Assembly (NCBI GenBank): GCA_040081625.1
Contig: JBEBGD010000106.1
Location: forward strand, 1 to 19,143
Origin: Chthoniobacteraceae bacterium
GTDB lineage: Bacteria > Verrucomicrobiota > Verrucomicrobiia > Chthoniobacterales > Chthoniobacteraceae
Reading direction: 5' to 3'
Length of the DNA: 19,143 nt
Below are positions 16,417 through 19,143 of this stretch, one piece after another. The notes beneath the pieces were generated by a model. It saw only the letters and a list, made by a program, of their open reading frames with translations. It was not told where the DNA came from and did not search any database. Each line of letters opens with the position of its first letter. Position 1 is the first letter of the stretch. The position numbers and the translations under genes are program-made.

Positions 16417-17754
16417 GTGAACGACACCATCGCCGCCATCTCGACGCCCTTTGGCGAAGGCGCGCTCGCCGTGCTGCGGCTGAGCGGGCCGCGCTCGGTG
16501 GAGATCGCGCGCGCGGTATTCCGCGGGAAGTTTCCGCCGCCTCGATGCGTCGCGTTCGGCGCGATCTTCGACGGCGAGCGCAAGCTCGACGACGTGTTGC
16601 TTACCGCGTTTGCGGCGCCGCACAGCTACACGGGCGAGGACGTGGTGGAAATTTCCTGCCACGGCGGCGTGCTCGTGACGCGGCGCATCCTCGAAGCGCT
16701 GCTGCGGCTCGGTGCACGCAGCGCGGAGCCGGGCGAGTTCACGCAGCGTGCATTCTTATATGGAAAGCTCGACCTCACGCAGGCCGAGGCGGTGATGGAT
16801 CTCATCGGCGCGCAGACCGACCTCGCGCTGCGCGCGGCGACCGAGCAACTCGAAGGCAGGCTTGGTGAACGCATTCGCGCGCTACGCGAGGCGCTGATCG
16901 AGATGCTCGCGCACGTCGAGGCGTTCATCGATTTCCCCGACGAGGACATCGACCCCGAGACCGGCGGCGCGCTGCGCGCGCGGCTCGACGCTCTGCGCGC
17001 CGACGTGGCGAAGCTGCTCGACACCGCGGAGCAGGGCCGAGTGCTTCGCGAAGGCGTGCGCACCGTGATCTACGGCGCGCCGAACGTCGGGAAAAGCTCG
17101 TTGCTCAATCGGCTGCTCGGCTTCGAGCGGGCGATCGTCTCGACCAAGCCGGGCACGACGCGCGACGTGATCGAGGAGGTAATCAACCTGCGCGGAATCC
17201 CGCTGCGGCTCGTGGATACGGCCGGCGTGCGCGAGAGCGAAGATGAGGTCGAGCGTGAGGGCATGGCGCGCACGCAGCAGCAGGTCGAGCGAGCCGATCT
17301 CGTGCTGCACATCGCGGAGGCGCACCGCGCGCCGTTCGATCAGTTCTCAGGCTTGGCGCTCGATTCTTTCGCGGGCGCGTCACGCGTGCTGCTGATCTTG
17401 AACAAGAGCGACCTCGGCGAGCATCGCGACTGGCGGAGAATGGATGCCGTGCGCGTTTCATGCACAACGGGCCAGGGAATGGACGCACTCACCGCGGCGA
17501 TCGAGGCGAAGGTCTTCGGCGGTGCGGTGCATCGCGACTGGACCGTGGCGATCAATGCGCGCCACCAGTCCTGCCTCGAACGCGCGCGCGGTTTTCTCGA
17601 AGCCGCGAGTGGTGGATTTGACGCTGGCTTGTCGGCGGAGTTCATCGCCGAGGAGCTGCGCGCCGCGCTCGACGCTGTCGGCGAGATCGTGGGCAAAGCG
17701 GACGTGGAGGAATTGCTCGGCGTGATCTTCCAGCGCTTTTGCATCGGCAAGTAA
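16417..17754 (+). CDS. mnmE: tRNA uridine-34 modification GTPase MnmE (445 aa)
   Basis: GTG start then NDTIAAISTP, PHSYTGEDVVEISCHGG, AEPGEFTQRAF, GAPNVGKSSLLN, GTTRD, DTAG, NKSD, C-terminal FCIGK. Confidence 0.97.
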   Translation: MNDTIAAISTPFGEGALAVLRLSGPRSVEIARAVFRGKFPPPRCVAFGAIFDGERKLDDVLLTAFAAPHSYTGEDVVEISCHGGVLVTRRILEALLRLGARSAEPGEFTQRAFLYGKLDLTQAEAVMDLIGAQTDLALRAATEQLEGRLGERIRALREALIEMLAHVEAFIDFPDEDIDPETGGALRARLDALRADVAKLLDTAEQGRVLREGVRTVIYGAPNVGKSSLLNRLLGFERAIVSTKPGTTRDVIEEVINLRGIPLRLVDTAGVRESEDEVEREGMARTQQQVERADLVLHIAEAHRAPFDQFSGLALDSFAGASRVLLILNKSDLGEHRDWRRMDAVRVSCTTGQGMDALTAAIEAKVFGGAVHRDWTVAINARHQSCLERARGFLEAASGGFDAGLSAEFIAEELRAALDAVGEIVGKADVEELLGVIFQRFCIGK

Positions 17755-17772
17755 TCTGCCAGCATCCGCACC

Positions 17773-18789
17773 GTGAATCTCCAGCTCTACCAAAATCTTC
17801 TGCGTCCGCTGTTCTTCGCGTTCGACGCGGAGAAGGTTCATCACTTCGCGATGTGGTGGCTGGCGAGACTCGGCCCCGCTATGCGCCCACTCGCGCCGCG
17901 TCCCGATCCCCGGCTCGCGCGCACGGTCTTCGGCGTCAAGTTTCCCAATCCAGTCGGGCTCGCCGCGGGCTTCGACAAGAACGCGCTCGCGCTGCCGGCT
18001 TGGGAGGGGCTCGGCTTCGGTTTCGTGGAAGCGGGCACGATCACGGCCAAGGCGCAGCCGGGAAATCCGCGCCCTCGCGTCTTTCGGATGCCGGCGCAGC
18101 GCGCGCTGATCAATCGCATGGGCTTCAACAACGACGGCTGCGACGCGGTCGCGTCGCGACTCGCCCGGCTGCGAGAGAACGGTGGCTGGCCGCGCATCCC
18201 TGTTGGGATAAATCTCGGGAAGTCGAAGGTCACGCCGCTCGAGGAGGCGACTGCCGATTACCTGCTGTCGTTCGAGCGTCTGCGAAAATTCGGCGACTAC
18301 TTCGTGCTCAATGTCAGCTCACCGAACACGCCCGGCCTTCGCCAACTCCAGGATCGCGCGGCGCTCGACGAGTTGCTCGGCGGCGTGCAGGCGCGCAATG
18401 CCGAGGGCGACCCGGTGCTCGTGAAGATCGCGCCGGATCTCGACTGGCCGGCGATCGAGGAAATCGTCGCGCTCGCCGAGCAGCATCGCGTGGCCGGCTT
18501 GATCGCGACGAATACGACCATCGATCACTCGAGCGTTCCAGCGGAGTTGCGAACGCAGGGTGGCTTGAGCGGCGCACCGCTGCGCGAGCGAAGCACGGAG
18601 ATCGTGCGCTTTCTGAGCGGGCGCACGAAGCTGCCGATCGTCGCGGCGGGCGGCGTCTTCACGGCGGATGATGCGTTGGAGAAGTTCGACACCGGCGCTG
18701 CGCTCGTGCAGCTCTACACGGGTTTTATTTACGAGGGACCGGCGCTGCCGCGACGCATCTGCGCGGCGTTGCTGGCCCGCGAAACCTGA
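17773..18789 (+). CDS. pyrD: Quinone-dependent dihydroorotate dehydrogenase (class 2), 338 aa
   Basis: NPVGLAAGFDKN, QPGNPRPRVFR, INRMGFNNDG, NVSSPNTPGLR (catalytic Ser), VKIAPDL, ATNTT, GGLSGAPL, VQLYTGFIYEGP. Confidence 0.97.
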   Translation: MNLQLYQNLLRPLFFAFDAEKVHHFAMWWLARLGPAMRPLAPRPDPRLARTVFGVKFPNPVGLAAGFDKNALALPAWEGLGFGFVEAGTITAKAQPGNPRPRVFRMPAQRALINRMGFNNDGCDAVASRLARLRENGGWPRIPVGINLGKSKVTPLEEATADYLLSFERLRKFGDYFVLNVSSPNTPGLRQLQDRAALDELLGGVQARNAEGDPVLVKIAPDLDWPAIEEIVALAEQHRVAGLIATNTTIDHSSVPAELRTQGGLSGAPLRERSTEIVRFLSGRTKLPIVAAGGVFTADDALEKFDTGAALVQLYTGFIYEGPALPRRICAALLARET

Positions 18790-18801
18790 GGGCAAAACGA
18801 G

Positions 18802-18821
18802 TTTGTGAAAAATTTCACAAA
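18802..18821. promoter_or_regulatory. Rex-type operator TTGTGAA-N4-TTCACAA
   Basis: TTTGTGAAA AA TTTCACAAA, perfect 9-bp arms, AT-rich in a GC-rich context. Exact match to the established Rex consensus, 5 bp upstream of a TTGCCA -35-like hexamer (18827-18832). Confidence 0.8.
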
Positions 18822-18956
18822 GAGGCTTGCCACACTCGCCGTCGGATGTTCTCCTTCCCGCCCACGCCGCGCCCGGTGTGGCGTCGCCCGGCTTCCCCGC
18901 CGCGACTTTCGGCTCCCCGGAGCCGGCCTGAATCGGCGCGCAGCTTGATTAACGAA

Positions 18957-19143
18957 ATGAGTCTCACCGTCATCTCCAAACACCTCAGCCCGCTTCGCTC
19001 GATCCTCCCGCGCGCTTTGGTTCTCGTGGCGATGCTGACGATGGTTTTCGGATGGAGTGGTGAGGCGGTCGCTGCCGCGGCCGCGCACGGTGAACACGCG
19101 GCGGCGGAGCATCACGGGCTGCCCGCGGCCGCGTGTCTGTCTC
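18957..19143 (+). CDS. Partial CDS, probable F0F1 ATP synthase subunit a N-terminus (runs off window)
   Basis: Open frame MSLTVISKHLSPLRSILPRALVLVAMLTMVFGWSGEAVAAAAAHGEHAAAEHHGLPAAA. A signal-like segment plus Ala/His/Glu-rich linker ending in EHHGLP resembles extended AtpB N-termini I recall from Verrucomicrobiota. No conserved core is visible. Confidence 0.5.
   Translation, partial: MSLTVISKHLSPLRSILPRALVLVAMLTMVFGWSGEAVAAAAAHGEHAAAEHHGLPAAACLS

Noticed and set aside
18729..19115. 128-aa minus-strand ORF
   Set aside because: It overlaps pyrD, the operator and the more plausible plus-strand CDS, and its sequence is low-complexity and Arg-rich.

Overview
High-GC (about 65-70% in sampled coding lines) bacterial window. 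Gene content (DUF1501 plus PSCyt/PSD1 cytochrome pair, ThuA-like, sulfatase, His-rich AtpB-like N-terminus) points to the PVC superphylum, most likely Verrucomicrobiota (inference). The left 3 kb is accessory: at least five unrelated palindromic REP-like elements surround an XRE HTH gene, a low-GC orphan gene and a broken AlkD-type DNA alkylation repair gene. 3010-9512 is a co-oriented run of exported enzymes (alpha/beta hydrolase-like, Cys-type sulfatase, Tat FAD oxidoreductase, PL6 lyase, ThuA-like). It converges on a minus-strand DUF1501 gene and a DUF1549/DUF1553 cytochrome c gene with an extra N-terminal domain. Then follow dinB (start codon tangled in a heptamer inverted repeat), an esterase, mnmE, pyrD, a perfect Rex-type operator and the 5' end of a probable atpB. 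I saw no rRNA, tRNA, CRISPR array or transposase. All family calls come from motif recognition by eye, not database searches.
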